A stretch of DNA of 63,931 bases, counting the filler, from Octopus bimaculoides (lineage: Eukaryota), in the NCBI RefSeq assembly GCF_001194135.2. It is 5 parts of 4 records of this genome, joined end to end, with 100 filler letters (N's around TTAATTAATTAA, not from the genome) between each part and the next. Parts side by side here need not be neighbours in the genome. Positions count along the whole stretch, not along the records: positions 1 to 22,923 come from NC_068983.1; 4 more parts are not named here. One strand, written 5' to 3'. A program made the position numbers and the translations under genes. Under the pieces are notes generated by a model that saw only the letters and a list, made by a program, of their open reading frames with translations, searched no databases and was not told where the DNA came from. This document shows positions 1 through 11,333 of this stretch, piece by piece; position 1 is the stretch's first letter; each line of letters begins with the position of its first letter.

Positions 1-84
1 GAATAGCATATGGGAACCGGTATTGAGGAAGGATAGAAAAATAATAGATTTATAAGCCTTAAAATTCACCCCATAATTGCCCAC

Positions 85-156
85 GGGCATATGGCGTAGT
101 GGTTAAGAGCGCGGGCTACTAACCCCAAGGTTCCGAGTTCGATTCACGGCAGTGAC
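85..156 (+). mobile_element. tRNA-derived Pol III head (SINE-like), not a functional tRNA
   Basis: A box TGGCGTAGTGG (92-102) and B box-like AGTTCGATTCA (136-146) at tRNA spacing. Short GGG/CCC stem around a 7-nt loop. No paired acceptor stem. Followed directly by (TAA)n. Confidence 0.75.
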
Positions 157-159
157 CTG

Positions 160-160
<1 letters not shown>

Positions 161-190
<30 letters not shown>

Positions 191-212
191 TAATAATAAT
201 AATAATAATAGT
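161..212. repeat. (TAA)n microsatellite
   Basis: Direct reading; sits between the tRNA-like head and the HHR motif. Confidence 0.95.
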
Positions 213-254
213 AACATCGATAGGAATGAGAACCCAGGTTCGAAATTTCCCCAA

Positions 255-300
255 GACACCTGACGAAGGCTGGAGGGTATATCAGCCGAAACGTTGTGTT
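255..300 (+). ncRNA. Minimal type I hammerhead ribozyme motif (Penelope/retrozyme type)
   Basis: Stem I GACAC(255-259)/GTGTT(296-300); core CTGACGA(260-266)+A; stem II GGCTG(268-272)/CAGCC(283-287); GAAA(288-291); palindromic ACGT stem III; cleavage triplet GTT(293-295). Activity untested. Confidence 0.7.
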
Positions 301-1348
301 AACAACAAACAAGATGAGGACGAATATCCGTCAAATGTAGATAATGTAAATAATGTAAATAATTCCTCATCTCTTAAATATAGAACTGAAGTAGAAAGAC
401 ATATAAATAGATGTGTATGCTTATAAATGCTGAGACTCATAGATAAATAGACAAGTGTATTAAGAGACAGACAGATGAACAGGCATACTAGCAGGCTGAC
501 ACATAGATTTTGATAAATAGACAGATGGGGAGAGGAAAAAGGAAATCAATTAAAAAAAATACATATGAATGCGTGTGTGTGTGTGTGTGTGTGCATCCAT
601 ATATGTATGTGTGTGTGTGTGTGTGTCCATCCATATATGTATGCATGTGTGTTTGTGTGTATGTATATGTGTATGTGCAGTATATGCATGCAGTGTACAC
701 AGGTACAGTCCAGAAGTTCAAAACAGTACTCAATGTCAAAAGGTGAGAGGTATATATGGTTATTGCAACTGGTCCCTCAAATCTAGTTGTTCAAATTTCA
801 TGTTCCCAATCATCAGATTGGATGTGCAGTGAGGTATATGTGATTTGTTGTTCAGAAAACGTGTGTGTCTAAGTGTGTATATATATTAATGAATATATGT
901 ATAAATATGTATGCATATCTCTTCTATATTTAATCATTTAAATTTTTCTTCTGAAGAAGGTGCTGGTTTCTAACAAAGATACAAATCTCCATCTTTGGAA
1001 TGTAGATAACGAAAACAATGTCACATTTTAAACCTAAGAAAAGTCTTGTATTGTTTTACTGTTCCACTTATAGATTGTATTTGTAATGTAGGAACTTCTT
1101 TTTCTGAAAATCCAAGCTTATCCAGACTGACAGTTAGAAATTTACTTATGAAACCAAGTGTTCCTATTGTTATTGGTATAAATGTAAATTTGTAATCCAG
1201 ATATGTATATATGTATGCATGCATGCATATGTGTGTTTGTGTGTGAAATAAAAAGAGATGAATGGGCTATTTGGTGCTGCTACAATTGTTTCATTAAGAG
1301 TCTTTATTGTGATGTAAACATATCTCAGTCAGGTATGCAGTATCTATT

Positions 1349-1575
1349 ATCTTTTATCTTTTACTTGTTTCAGTCATTAGATTGCGGCCATGCCGGGGCA
1401 CTGCCTTGAAGAATTTTAGTTGAATGGATCGACCACAGTACTTTCTTTTAAGCCTGGTACTTATTCTATCATTCTCTTTTACCAAACTGCTAAGTTACAG
1501 GAACATAAACACACTAACGCCAGTTGTCAAGTGGTGGTGAGTGAACAAACACAAACACAAAGAAAAACATATATA
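1349..1575 (-). mobile_element. tRNA-SINE family A, 3' half
   Basis: Reverse complement of the tail shared with full copies at 21010, 29337 and 51274 (tttacttgtttcagtcatt...cttattctatc...ctaagttac...gttgtcaag). Confidence 0.8.
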
Positions 1576-1589
1576 CATACATGCATTTT

Positions 1590-2630
1590 TGAAGGTAATT
1601 TGACTGGACCCATTTACTTGAATGTGCTATAACAATCTATTATTCCAAGCATTCAAAAGGACTTTGAAGAGGTGGGGCAAGGCCATTTCCCCAAAGATAT
1701 CCGAGTCCTGTCTTCTTTCCTACTCATTGAAATTTTGGTCTTTGCTAATTTTGAGGCCTCTTGATTCTAGGTTTGGCACATGTTAAGGTTATCTCAACAG
1801 ATTTTCTGTAGAAATCATAATCAGCTCTGATTTGTTACATTTCATATCCAAATATGTCTAATGTAATTAACAATGCAATTGACAATGAGAAAATAGGTAA
1901 TGAGTGTATATGCATATTTCAGGAGTTCTTACTGCTTCTTCAGCACCACATCCAACCCAACCCATTAACTACCCACAAACTCATTGCTTAATATACTCTG
2001 TAGTATATTAAGGTTGCATAACAAAACACGGTGTCCCTACTACTAATATCAAGGTTTAGCTTCCATACCTGGACTTCCTACTCAAATTCCCTTATAGATT
2101 CAACTAGGTGAGCTAGATCACCAGCATATTGGACAGCTAGTCTTAAACTCCTCTGTGATAGCCTGTAGGAAGACTAAGCTGACTAAGGACTGAACCTTGA
2201 TTAATTCCTCTGTTCATGTTAAACTTGTCACTAAAATCATTGTTGGCTTCCTTTACTAAACTACATCTTTGTACATAGCTTGTATATTTTCAAAAGCTAT
2301 TTGTTTATACCTAGTTCCCTAAGTAATCATTAAACTATTCAACATGGCTCTCCTGTCACACTCCATGTCAACAATTGCCAAGAATAGCAGTTTACTCTCA
2401 GCTGAGTACTTCTCCTACATATGCCTCATGAGGAAGATTACATTTGTGGTGCCTCTTCCGGGCAAGAAACCAAACTATATCTCATCTAGGTTTACTTTGT
2501 CACAGATCAGTTGTGTTATGACATTCTCTGTGACTTCCATAACTTGATCCAATAGTTTGATTTCTCAGTAGTTTTCTCTCTCCAAAGCATCCCCTTTGCT
2601 ATTGCAGCAGTTTATGATGATAATATGTCA
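1590..2630 (-). mobile_element. Decayed RTE-clade LINE, reverse transcriptase fragment
   Basis: Manual minus-strand translation: DEI*FGFLPGRGTTNVIFLMRHM*EKY...LAIVDME (QFGF...TTDAIF...EKY motif), NQGSVLS, QAITEEFKTSCP, YAGDLA (degenerate YADD). Stops and frameshifts present. Confidence 0.8.
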
Positions 2631-2653
2631 GTCATTGGGTAAGTGTATTTAAT

Positions 2654-2790
2654 TCTTTGTAAGCCTAGTACTTATTCTATCGGTCTCTTTTTGCCAAACC
2701 GCTAAGTTACGGGGACATAAACACACCAGCATCGGTTGTCAAGCGATGTTGGGGGGAGGGAGGACAGACACACAAACATACACACACACA
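2654..2790 (-). mobile_element. tRNA-SINE family A, 3' part running into (CA)n/(TA)n and a gap
   Basis: ttctttgtaagcctagtacttattctatcgg...gctaagttacggggac...catcggttgtcaagcgatgttggggg matches the other copies. Confidence 0.85.
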
Positions 2791-2822
<32 letters not shown>

Positions 2823-3182
2823 TACATATATATNNNNNNNNNNNNNNNNNNNNNNNNNNNNNNNNNNNNNNNNNNNNNNNNNNNNNNNNNNNNNNNNNNN
2901 NNNNNNNNNNNNNNNNNNNNNNNNNNNNNNNNNNNNNNNNNNNNNNNNNNNNNNNNNNNNNNNNNNNNNNNNNNNNNNNNNNNNNNNNNNNNNNNNNNNN
3001 NNNNNNNNNNNNNNNNNNNNNNNNNNNNNNNNNNNNNNNNNNNNNNNNNNNNNNNNNNNNNNNNNNNNNNNNNNNNNNNNNNNNNNNNNNNNNNNNNNNN
3101 NNNNNNNNNNNNNNNNNNNNNNNNNNNNNNNNNNNNNNNNNNNNNNNNNNNNNNNNNNNNNNNNNNNNNNNNNNNNNNNNNN

Positions 3183-3231
<49 letters not shown>

Positions 3232-3596
3232 GTGTGTGTTGCATGTATGTATATATACATGTGTGCGTGTGTGTTCAATAGAAGTATAGAGAATATAAAA
3301 TGAAATCTTATGGTTGCCTCTCAGAGTTAATACTTAGTAAAATGCTGCTTTCCTTTATTTCTTAAGAAATATATAAATGTAATAGAAAAATAGAATTGAT
3401 AACATAAATCATATATGACTGTCATTCTTGTTTGTACACATGCATGTATAGCATATGGCTATTGTTGTGTTGATGCATATACACATGAGTGTGTACAAGT
3501 GGTGTGTGTACACATAATTATATATATGAATATGTGAATATATAATACGTTCTAACTCATGCTAGAATAGAAAAAGATAAAGACAAGAGAATAATA

Positions 3597-3631
<35 letters not shown>

Positions 3632-4137
3632 NNNNNNNNNNNNNNNNNNNNNNNNNNNNNNNNNNNNNNNNNNNNNNNNNNNNNNNNNNNNNNNNNNNNN
3701 NNNNNNNNNNNNNNNNNNNNNNNNNNNNNNNNNNNNNNNNNNNNNNNNNNNNNNNNNNNNNNNNNNNNNNNNNNNNNNNNNNNNNNNNNNNNNNNNNNNN
3801 NNNNNNNNNNNNNNNNNNNNNNNNNNNNNNNNNNNNNNNNNNNNNNNNNNNNNNNNNNNNNNNNNNNNNNNNNNNNNNNNNNNNNNNNNNNNNNNNNNNN
3901 NNNNNNNNNNNNNNNNNNNNNNNNNNNNNNNNNNNNNNNNNNNNNNNNNNNNNNNNNNNNNNNNNNNNNNNNNNNNNNNNNNNNNNNNNNNNNNNNNNNN
4001 NNNNNNNNNNNNNNNNNNNNNNNNNNNNNNNNNNNNNNNNNNNNNNNNNNNNNNNNNNNNNNNNNNNNNNNNNNNNNNNNNNNNNNNNNNNNNNNNNNNN
4101 NNNNNNNNNNNNNNNNNNNNNNNNNNNNNNNNNNNNN

Positions 4138-4175
<38 letters not shown>

Positions 4176-4882
4176 AATGTATGTGTATACATATGTATAA
4201 ATATATATATGCTTATATATGTATACATATATATACATACACACATATATAATGTGTGTGTGTATATATATATGCACACATATTTATACACAGATGTGCA
4301 CACACACACACACACCTACACACAAATACACATATGCAATGGAAGAATAGAACTGATAAAAAGAAATCATATGACTGTCTCTTGTAGTTATGTCTTATTT
4401 AGTAAATGATGGTGTCCTTTATTTCTTAAGAAATCGTTTTAAATGCTGTTTTTCCTGTCTACATTTGCATTAGAAAATATTAGGAAGCCTGAAGTTATAT
4501 TAAGCATTGTCTTTAGGTGTCTGCTAACAGCATCACTCTTGGAGTTATTGGAATTATTAGAGAATTAGCATATATTTGCTAGAAGGAAAGGAAACATTCT
4601 ACTGTCTGAATAATCTATAGTTGGTGTGCTATATACATTGGAATTTATGTATATGTTGGAAGCTGTATACATACACACATATACACATCATGTGTCTTGT
4701 AGTATTATCATCATCATTGTCATTACTCTCACTGCCTTCAACACCATCAACATCAGTACCATTACCATGTTAATATCTACTTTTCCCAAGCTGTTGAGAT
4801 TTGATTCACATATACTGTTCTGCACTATCCTACAAAATGTGTGTGTATTTGTATTTGTGTGTGTGGATGTGTATGTGTGTGC

Positions 4883-4913
<31 letters not shown>

Positions 4914-4966
4914 CATACCCGTGTGTGTGAGTGATATATATATGCAGATATTCATATATACATGTA

Positions 4967-5002
<36 letters not shown>

Positions 5003-5674
5003 CANNNNNNNNNNNNNNNNNNNNNNNNNNNNNNNNNNNNNNNNNNNNNNNNNNNNNNNNNNNNNNNNNNNNNNNNNNNNNNNNNNNNNNNNNNNNNNNN
5101 NNNNNNNNNNNNNNNNNNNNNNNNNNNNNNNNNNNNNNNNNNNNNNNNNNNNNNNNNNNNNNNNNNNNNNNNNNNNNNNNNNNNNNNNNNNNNNNNNNNN
5201 NNNNNNNNNNNNNNNNNNNNNNNNNNNNNNNNNNNNNNNNNNNNNNNNNNNNNNNNNNNNNNNNNNNNNNNNNNNNNNNNNNNNNNNNNNNNNNNNNNNN
5301 NNNNNNNNNNNNNNNNNNNNNNNNNNNNNNNNNNNNNNNNNNNNNNNNNNNNNNNNNNNNNNNNNNNNNNNNNNNNNNNNNNNNNNNNNNNNNNNNNNNN
5401 NNNNNNNNNNNNNNNNNNNNNNNNNNNNNNNNNNNNNNNNNNNNNNNNNNNNNNNNNNNNNNNNNNNNNNNNNNNNNNNNNNNNNNNNNNNNNNNNNNNN
5501 NNNNNNNNNNNNNNNNNNNNNNNNNNNNNNNNNNNNNNNNNNNNNNNNNNNNNNNNNNNNNNNNNNNNNNNNNNNNNNNNNNNNNNNNNNNNNNNNNNNN
5601 NNNNNNNNNNNNNNNNNNNNNNNNNNNNNNNNNNNNNNNNNNNNNNNNNNNNNNNNNNNNNNNNNNNNNNNNNN

Positions 5675-5922
5675 CACAAGCGGAGTTTAGTGTCCAATGT
5701 AGGAAAGGTACGCATAAGTGGCCTGGCTACACCCCTGGCAGAGGCCTTGGATTTAGGTCTCACTTGGTTTGCCGGGTCTTCTCACGCACAGCACATTTCC
5801 AAAGGTCTCGGTCAGAAGTCATCGCTTCGGTGAGGCCCAATGTTCGAAGGTCTTGCCTCACCACCTCATCCCAGGTCTACCTGGGCCTACCTCTTCCACG
5901 GGTTCCCTCAACTGTTAGGGTG
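5675..5922 (-). mobile_element. RTE LINE C-terminus and 3' UTR fragment
   Basis: Minus translation TLTVEGTRGRGRPR*TWDEVVRQDLRTLGLTEAMTSDRDLWKCAVREKTRQTK*; the GRGRP.W motif is typical of RTE ORF ends. Confidence 0.8.
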
Positions 5923-6010
5923 TGATATATATATATATATATATATACATATATTCATACAATAATATAGATAATATATATATATATATATTCATATAAT
6001 AATATAGATA

Positions 6011-6041
<31 letters not shown>

Positions 6042-6066
6042 GACACACACACACACATATGCATAT

Positions 6067-6210
6067 GGTACAGGACATCACCAACTGTGTAAACAACATG
6101 AAATATGAAAATGAATGAGTTAAAAATGCAAACAACACGAGAGAAAATGGAAAACAGGACAAGTAAACACAAGAGAATGACCCTTCATCAGTTGCTGACT
6201 GTCTATCTAC
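6067..6210 (-). repeat. Short dispersed repeat with CTGATGAAGGG half-hammerhead; related copy at 50717-50890
   Basis: Both copies share ggtacaggacatca and cccttc[a/g]tcagttg. Confidence 0.55.
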
Positions 6211-6255
6211 TCTTCCTTTCGAGCATTGTGTGTGTGTATATATATATATGTGTGC

Positions 6256-6294
<39 letters not shown>

Positions 6295-6384
6295 CACGTG
6301 CACGTGTATATATATATAGATATATACATAGAAATGTNNNNNNNNNNGTGCACGTGTATATATATATAGATATATACATAGAAA

Positions 6385-6439
<55 letters not shown>

Positions 6440-6597
6440 TACATATATACATATATGTATATGTATATATGGTGCAGCCTTCCAGCATGCCAGCCCAGTC
6501 AAATTGTCCAACCATGTCCCACCGTGGACAATGGATGCTAGATGATGATAATGAAGATGATATATATATGTATATATATGTTTGTGTATATGTATGA

Positions 6598-8200
6598 ATA
6601 CACACCAATATCCCACACGATTATGGCATAGAAGCAATCACCTTCTGGCTAGAGAAATACCCAGAAGAGATCCTAGGATGCATCAACCACAGATTCATAA
6701 TTGCAGCACTGAAATTCATCCTACTGAACAACTGTTTCATGTTCGATACAGTCTACTATCGACAAAAATGTGGAATTGCGATGGGAACCCAAGCTGCCCC
6801 AGTGATCGTGAACCTTGTAATGGGTTACCTAGAACTTAAAATATACCAATCATCACTACAAAAATATGATGATTGCTTTATTCTTTGGAAAGCTAGCATG
6901 GACAAACTCCTCAATTTCAAAATAATGCTCAACGATATCAATAGCAACATACAACTCACCATGGAACACAACAATAAACAACTCCCTTTTCTTGACATCC
7001 TAACTAAAATAGTCAATAACCACATCAAAACAGACATCTTCTATAAACACACAGATTCAAAACAATACCTATTATTCAACTCAAGCCACCCCAAATACAT
7101 AAAAATTATTATACCTTATAATCTAGTGAAAAGAATCTGTATCATAGCTTCGGACACCTATACTCATGAACAAAGACTCCTTGAACTCAGATCAATACTA
7201 ATCAAGAGACATTACCCAACATCATTAATAAATGATGGGATTAAACGAGCAAAGGAAATAGACATACAAACATTAATGGAACTCAACTGAAATACTATAC
7301 CAGACTTAAAAATACTCCCATATATCTCCACACATAACCCTAGAAGCAATGAAGCCTTCAACATCATCATCTAAAATCTACCCATTCTCACAGGAGATAA
7401 AACAATGAACAAAATTTTAGGCTCACACAAAATTATCAAAAGCAAAATGCAACTGAAATCATTGAAAAAATATTAACCAACGCAAGACTTTTATCCATAA
7501 CAATGGAACCAAAAGTGAAAATATGCGGTCAGCCTAACTGTGGCACATGCCCCCACCTTTTGGAGGATACAGAGTTCCACTTTAAGCAAGGTGAAATATC
7601 TAAGATTAAATCAAATTTCACCTGTGCCTCAGAAAACCTAATCTATGCCATTACTTGCTTAGGGTGCAGTAATCAATATCAAACAGGAATATCACTCCGT
7701 CAAAGAACCACTCTTCACAAAGAACAAATCTGCCACCCACAATACAGACAGATACAGGTCAATGTATACATAGATAGGTATGCTAGGAACCTTAATCCCA
7801 ATTTCCTAATTTTATCCTTCTACCAATGTTCACAGAACACCTCAGTACAACAAAGAATAAATAAAGAAGCAACTTTCATCAATAAATATCATCCACAACT
7901 TAACATGAACACATAATATGGAATCTTACCAATAATGCCGCTAACACCCATACATCCCTTATACCATTCATATTACAGTATTATATCGACTCTAATTGCA
8001 CCACATCCAGAACTACTTACCTCACTTACATAATTTTTTTACACAGGGACTAGTAGACCCGACACTGTTTGATAATCGGTGTGCATTCAAAGCCAGTGAA
8101 CAACAATGACAATACCGGTTTGACTTTGAATCTCTTTACAATTCGAAATAATGAATTTAATTCCTCTTAATCCTACCCTAGTTCATCTAATTGTGTTTAT
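6598..8200 (+). mobile_element. Penelope-like element (PLE), 5'-truncated and decayed: RT + GIY-YIG endonuclease
   Basis: HTNIPHDYGIEAI..., GIAMGTQAAPVIVNLVMG, KYDDCFILW, LPFLDI, DIFYKHTDSKQYL...SSHPK (PLE RT and thumb). Then C-x4-C-x2-C and FTCASENLIYAITCLGC..QY-QTG.SLRQR..H (GIY-YIG) in 7503-7916. Stops and frameshift at about 7290-7500. 3' limit approximate. Confidence 0.9.
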
Positions 8201-8350
8201 TTATTGCTACTTTTCATAAAATAGCCTTTATTTTTTTTTGATATTCAATGTGCATTTTTGCTTTTTTTCTTCTTACTTTCCCCATATCTTTTCCACGTGT
8301 AGTTTCTATTTTCTTTCTGAAACATATTTCTATTGTATATATGTATATAC

Positions 8351-8382
<32 letters not shown>

Positions 8383-8418
8383 ACACACACACATAATATA
8401 TACATATATATATATATA

Positions 8419-8577
8419 TGTTGTACTTGGGGATGGTCATATTGCCAGTTTAGCCAATAAAAACACACGCACTGTATATTTGGTGTTAATATAAAGCTGA
8501 AGCAAATTAACACCAAATATACAGTGCGTGTGTTTTTATTGGCTAAACTGGCAATATGACCATCCCCAAGTACAACA
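8419..8577. repeat. Perfect 72-bp inverted repeat with 15-bp spacer
   Basis: 8419-8490 is the exact reverse complement of 8506-8577. Confidence 0.95.
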
Positions 8578-8619
8578 ACATCTGTTTCAACACACGATTT
8601 CACATCAAAAATCTTGCAA

Positions 8620-8651
<32 letters not shown>

Positions 8652-9175
8652 CATTAATTTGAAACACAACCAAAAGAGCTACTGATAGATTCATGCATTT
8701 ATGTTACTTTAACTGGAGATATTTATAAAATACTGCATATATCTCCAAATAATATTTCAGGCTCTGTTTATGTGTTATATATATTTTTAAAAACTACACT
8801 AACACATGCACACTCAGATGTTGTAGCTTGTTAACAGAAGAGAAATAGAATATTCAGTATATGTAGCCAAGAATATTACTTGTTTAATCTTAATTCATTT
8901 GTTTCTTTCATTCCATGTTTCATGCCATTGTGATCTTCAGGCAAGAACTTTATACCTTTCGGTGTTCATTCTTGATTTATATATATTTGAAGTGAATTTA
9001 TTCTTTGTTTATAGTTATCATTTCATTCACCAATTGTCAGTCTTATTTATATTGTTTATTTTAGAGACGTTTTTTTGTTATTGTTTGATTTCCAATTTTA
9101 TGTTACTTTCAGAGCAGTGTGTATGGCTGTCATTGCTATATTTGTTTATTTATTATTTTGATTATATTTTTGTTC

Positions 9176-9226
9176 AATGAAATGACAGAGATAAACAACT
9201 GTTGTTTATCTTTATGTCATTTCATT
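9176..9226. repeat. Near-perfect ~25-bp hairpin
   Basis: aatgaaatgacagagataaacaac-t-gttgtttatctttatgtcatttcatt. Confidence 0.85.
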
Positions 9227-9475
9227 TTTTAAAAATTTTCCTGTTTCGCTGGTCATGGTACCTTCTTTTCTTATTTCATTATTGTTATTTCCTATCTTAT
9301 TTATCGAGAGTTACTTAAAGGTATTTTTGCTAAATGTCTATTTGTTTGTTACTTATTTTCCCTACCCACTGAAGTTGTTTCATGCTTCATTAGCTATAGT
9401 TCAGTGTTTGCAAGTTAGTTTAGTGATTTCTCATTTTTTTCTAAGGTTTCATTTGTGAAGATATTTGTGCGCGCG

Positions 9476-9535
<60 letters not shown>

Positions 9536-9925
9536 CCTCCTTCCTACACACTCTAATTCTTTGTATACAAGGAAAAGTTTCATATTGACTCCAAAATTTT
9601 TATCATTGCTCATTTGTGAAGACATTTGTACACTTGTGGTGAACACACACATGCAGAAGTATTGAGTGATCTTTCATCTTATTGTCAAACTTTTTTATGT
9701 ATAACTTTACATGAAAATAAATACATGTATAGCATTAATAAAAGATAGAAAACATGTTTGGTAGTTTATTCATTTAAAACATGCATGTTTCAATAAATTA
9801 CTCCCAGTATTACATAATTGTTGTTGAAACATCTTTTAATCTTGTTAGATTACCTCTTCAGTGCTCAACAAGAAACGCAATTGCTGCTAAATGCTCAGTG
9901 TATATTCCCATTATACAAATTTTGA

Positions 9926-9970
<45 letters not shown>

Positions 9971-9985
9971 CATGCATAATATATA

Positions 9986-10302
9986 TATTGAGTTAGAAAA
10001 CAGAGAGATCTAATGAATACAAATTAATTTATTAATTAATCAACATATTAACAACAATTGTTTCATTTCTCAAATAAAATTTAAAAAAAAACGTATGAAA
10101 ATTATAATTTTGCATTTTAAATACCTTATAAGGAAAATCATCAGGGTTTTCATTATAAGGTATTTAAATTGCAAAATTATATTTTTATATATGTTTGGTA
10201 ATTTTAATCTTATTTGAGAAATGAAACAATTGTTGGTTAATATGTTGAATAATTAATAAACTAATTTGTATACATCAGATCTCTCTGTTTTCTAACTCAA
10301 TA
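9986..10302. mobile_element. ~317-bp foldback (palindromic) element, MITE-like or PLE-terminus-derived
   Basis: Terminal 26 bp are exact reverse complements (tattgagttagaaaacagagagatct) and arms align imperfectly to a centre near 10140. TA at both ends. The palindrome is certain; the family assignment is not. Confidence 0.75.
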
Positions 10303-10898
10303 ACAATGTTTGATATCTTACGATATTCATTGAAGAATTATCTCTTCAAAATTTGATATATTAAACCAGTGTATCTTGGATAAATATCCCTGTAAGAGGT
10401 TTGAATATCTTCATTGTGACATGTATATATACACACACAAATTTTCAAAAACACCATCAGTGGTGCAATACAGTAAGGGATAAATGATTGCAAATGTTTG
10501 AGGTCATGACTTCCATATCTAAGTGGGCATGACCAAGAAAATGATATTAATAACAACATCAGTGATAATACCAATAGCAGGGATAGTGGCTACAGTACCA
10601 GTGTTCCAGTTCCAATTCAGAGTCAGACATCTTGTAGTCAATAACATGTCAACTTTAATGGTGGCTCCCACAGACAATCTACTTTCTGGCAGATAGACAA
10701 AGAGTGCAGTGGTACGAATCTCACAGCCAGCCATTTTCAGTACTCTGATAGCTGAAGACTCAGCATCTCTACTGGTTTTAAGCTTCTCTGACTATACTGG
10801 TCGTCTGTGGGTTGGATGGGGTTGTCCCATGTCTGGGTCCTAGGCACCAGCACTTAAGCAGCATTTTTTGAACTTAGCAAAGAGTAAGGATAGATGCA

Positions 10899-10933
<35 letters not shown>

Positions 10934-11033
10934 NNNNNNNNNNNNNNNNNNNNNNNNNNNNNNNNNNNNNNNNNNNNNNNNNNNNNNNNNNNNNNNNNNN
11001 NNNNNNNNNNNNNNNNNNNNNNNNNNNNNNNNN

Positions 11034-11077
11034 GCATGGAAAGCGGACGTTAAACGATGATGATGATGATGATGATA
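11034..11077 (+). mobile_element. Retroposon 3' tail (gcatggaaagcggacgttaaacg + (GAT)n), probably RTE-associated
   Basis: A related reverse-complement tail occurs at 13624-13678. Confidence 0.55.
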
Positions 11078-11333
11078 TAAATCTACTGTATATATATAGA
11101 GAGAGAGAAAGAGAGAGAGAGAAAGAGAGAGAGAGAAAGAGAGAGAGAGAGCACAAACATAGACCACTTTCCACATCAAATTCAAACAGCTGTATTTCAC
11201 AAATAAAACTTAACCTAATTAACCTATTATTATATTGTTTTTACATCCATCACCTTCTTTGATCACACCATTATCGCCCAACCTTTCTTCTCTTTGGGAA
11301 CACTGCTTTATACTTTTGTAGTGGACAAATTTC

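Noticed and set aside
85-156. Functional tRNA gene
   Set aside because: A and B boxes are present but the acceptor stem does not pair and there is no Pol III terminator; treated as a SINE-like head
700-835. Possible small exons (AG...GTGAG and AG...GTATA)
   Set aside because: No recognisable peptide and no consistent frame; splice-like dinucleotides are common by chance
930-1020. Repeat fragment related to 43865-43940 (minus GTTAGAAACC), possibly a decayed HHR-type terminus
   Set aside because: The CTGA.GA core is absent in both copies; too decayed to call
2702-5925. Long ORFs in the ORF track spanning N runs (also about 32896-36526, 44597-45206, 47445-48752, 53978-54692)
   Set aside because: Open only because N codons and TA/CA repeats lack stops
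6298-6387. 40-bp direct repeat around a 10-N gap
   Set aside because: Identical sequence either side of a gap is typical of unmerged overlapping contig ends
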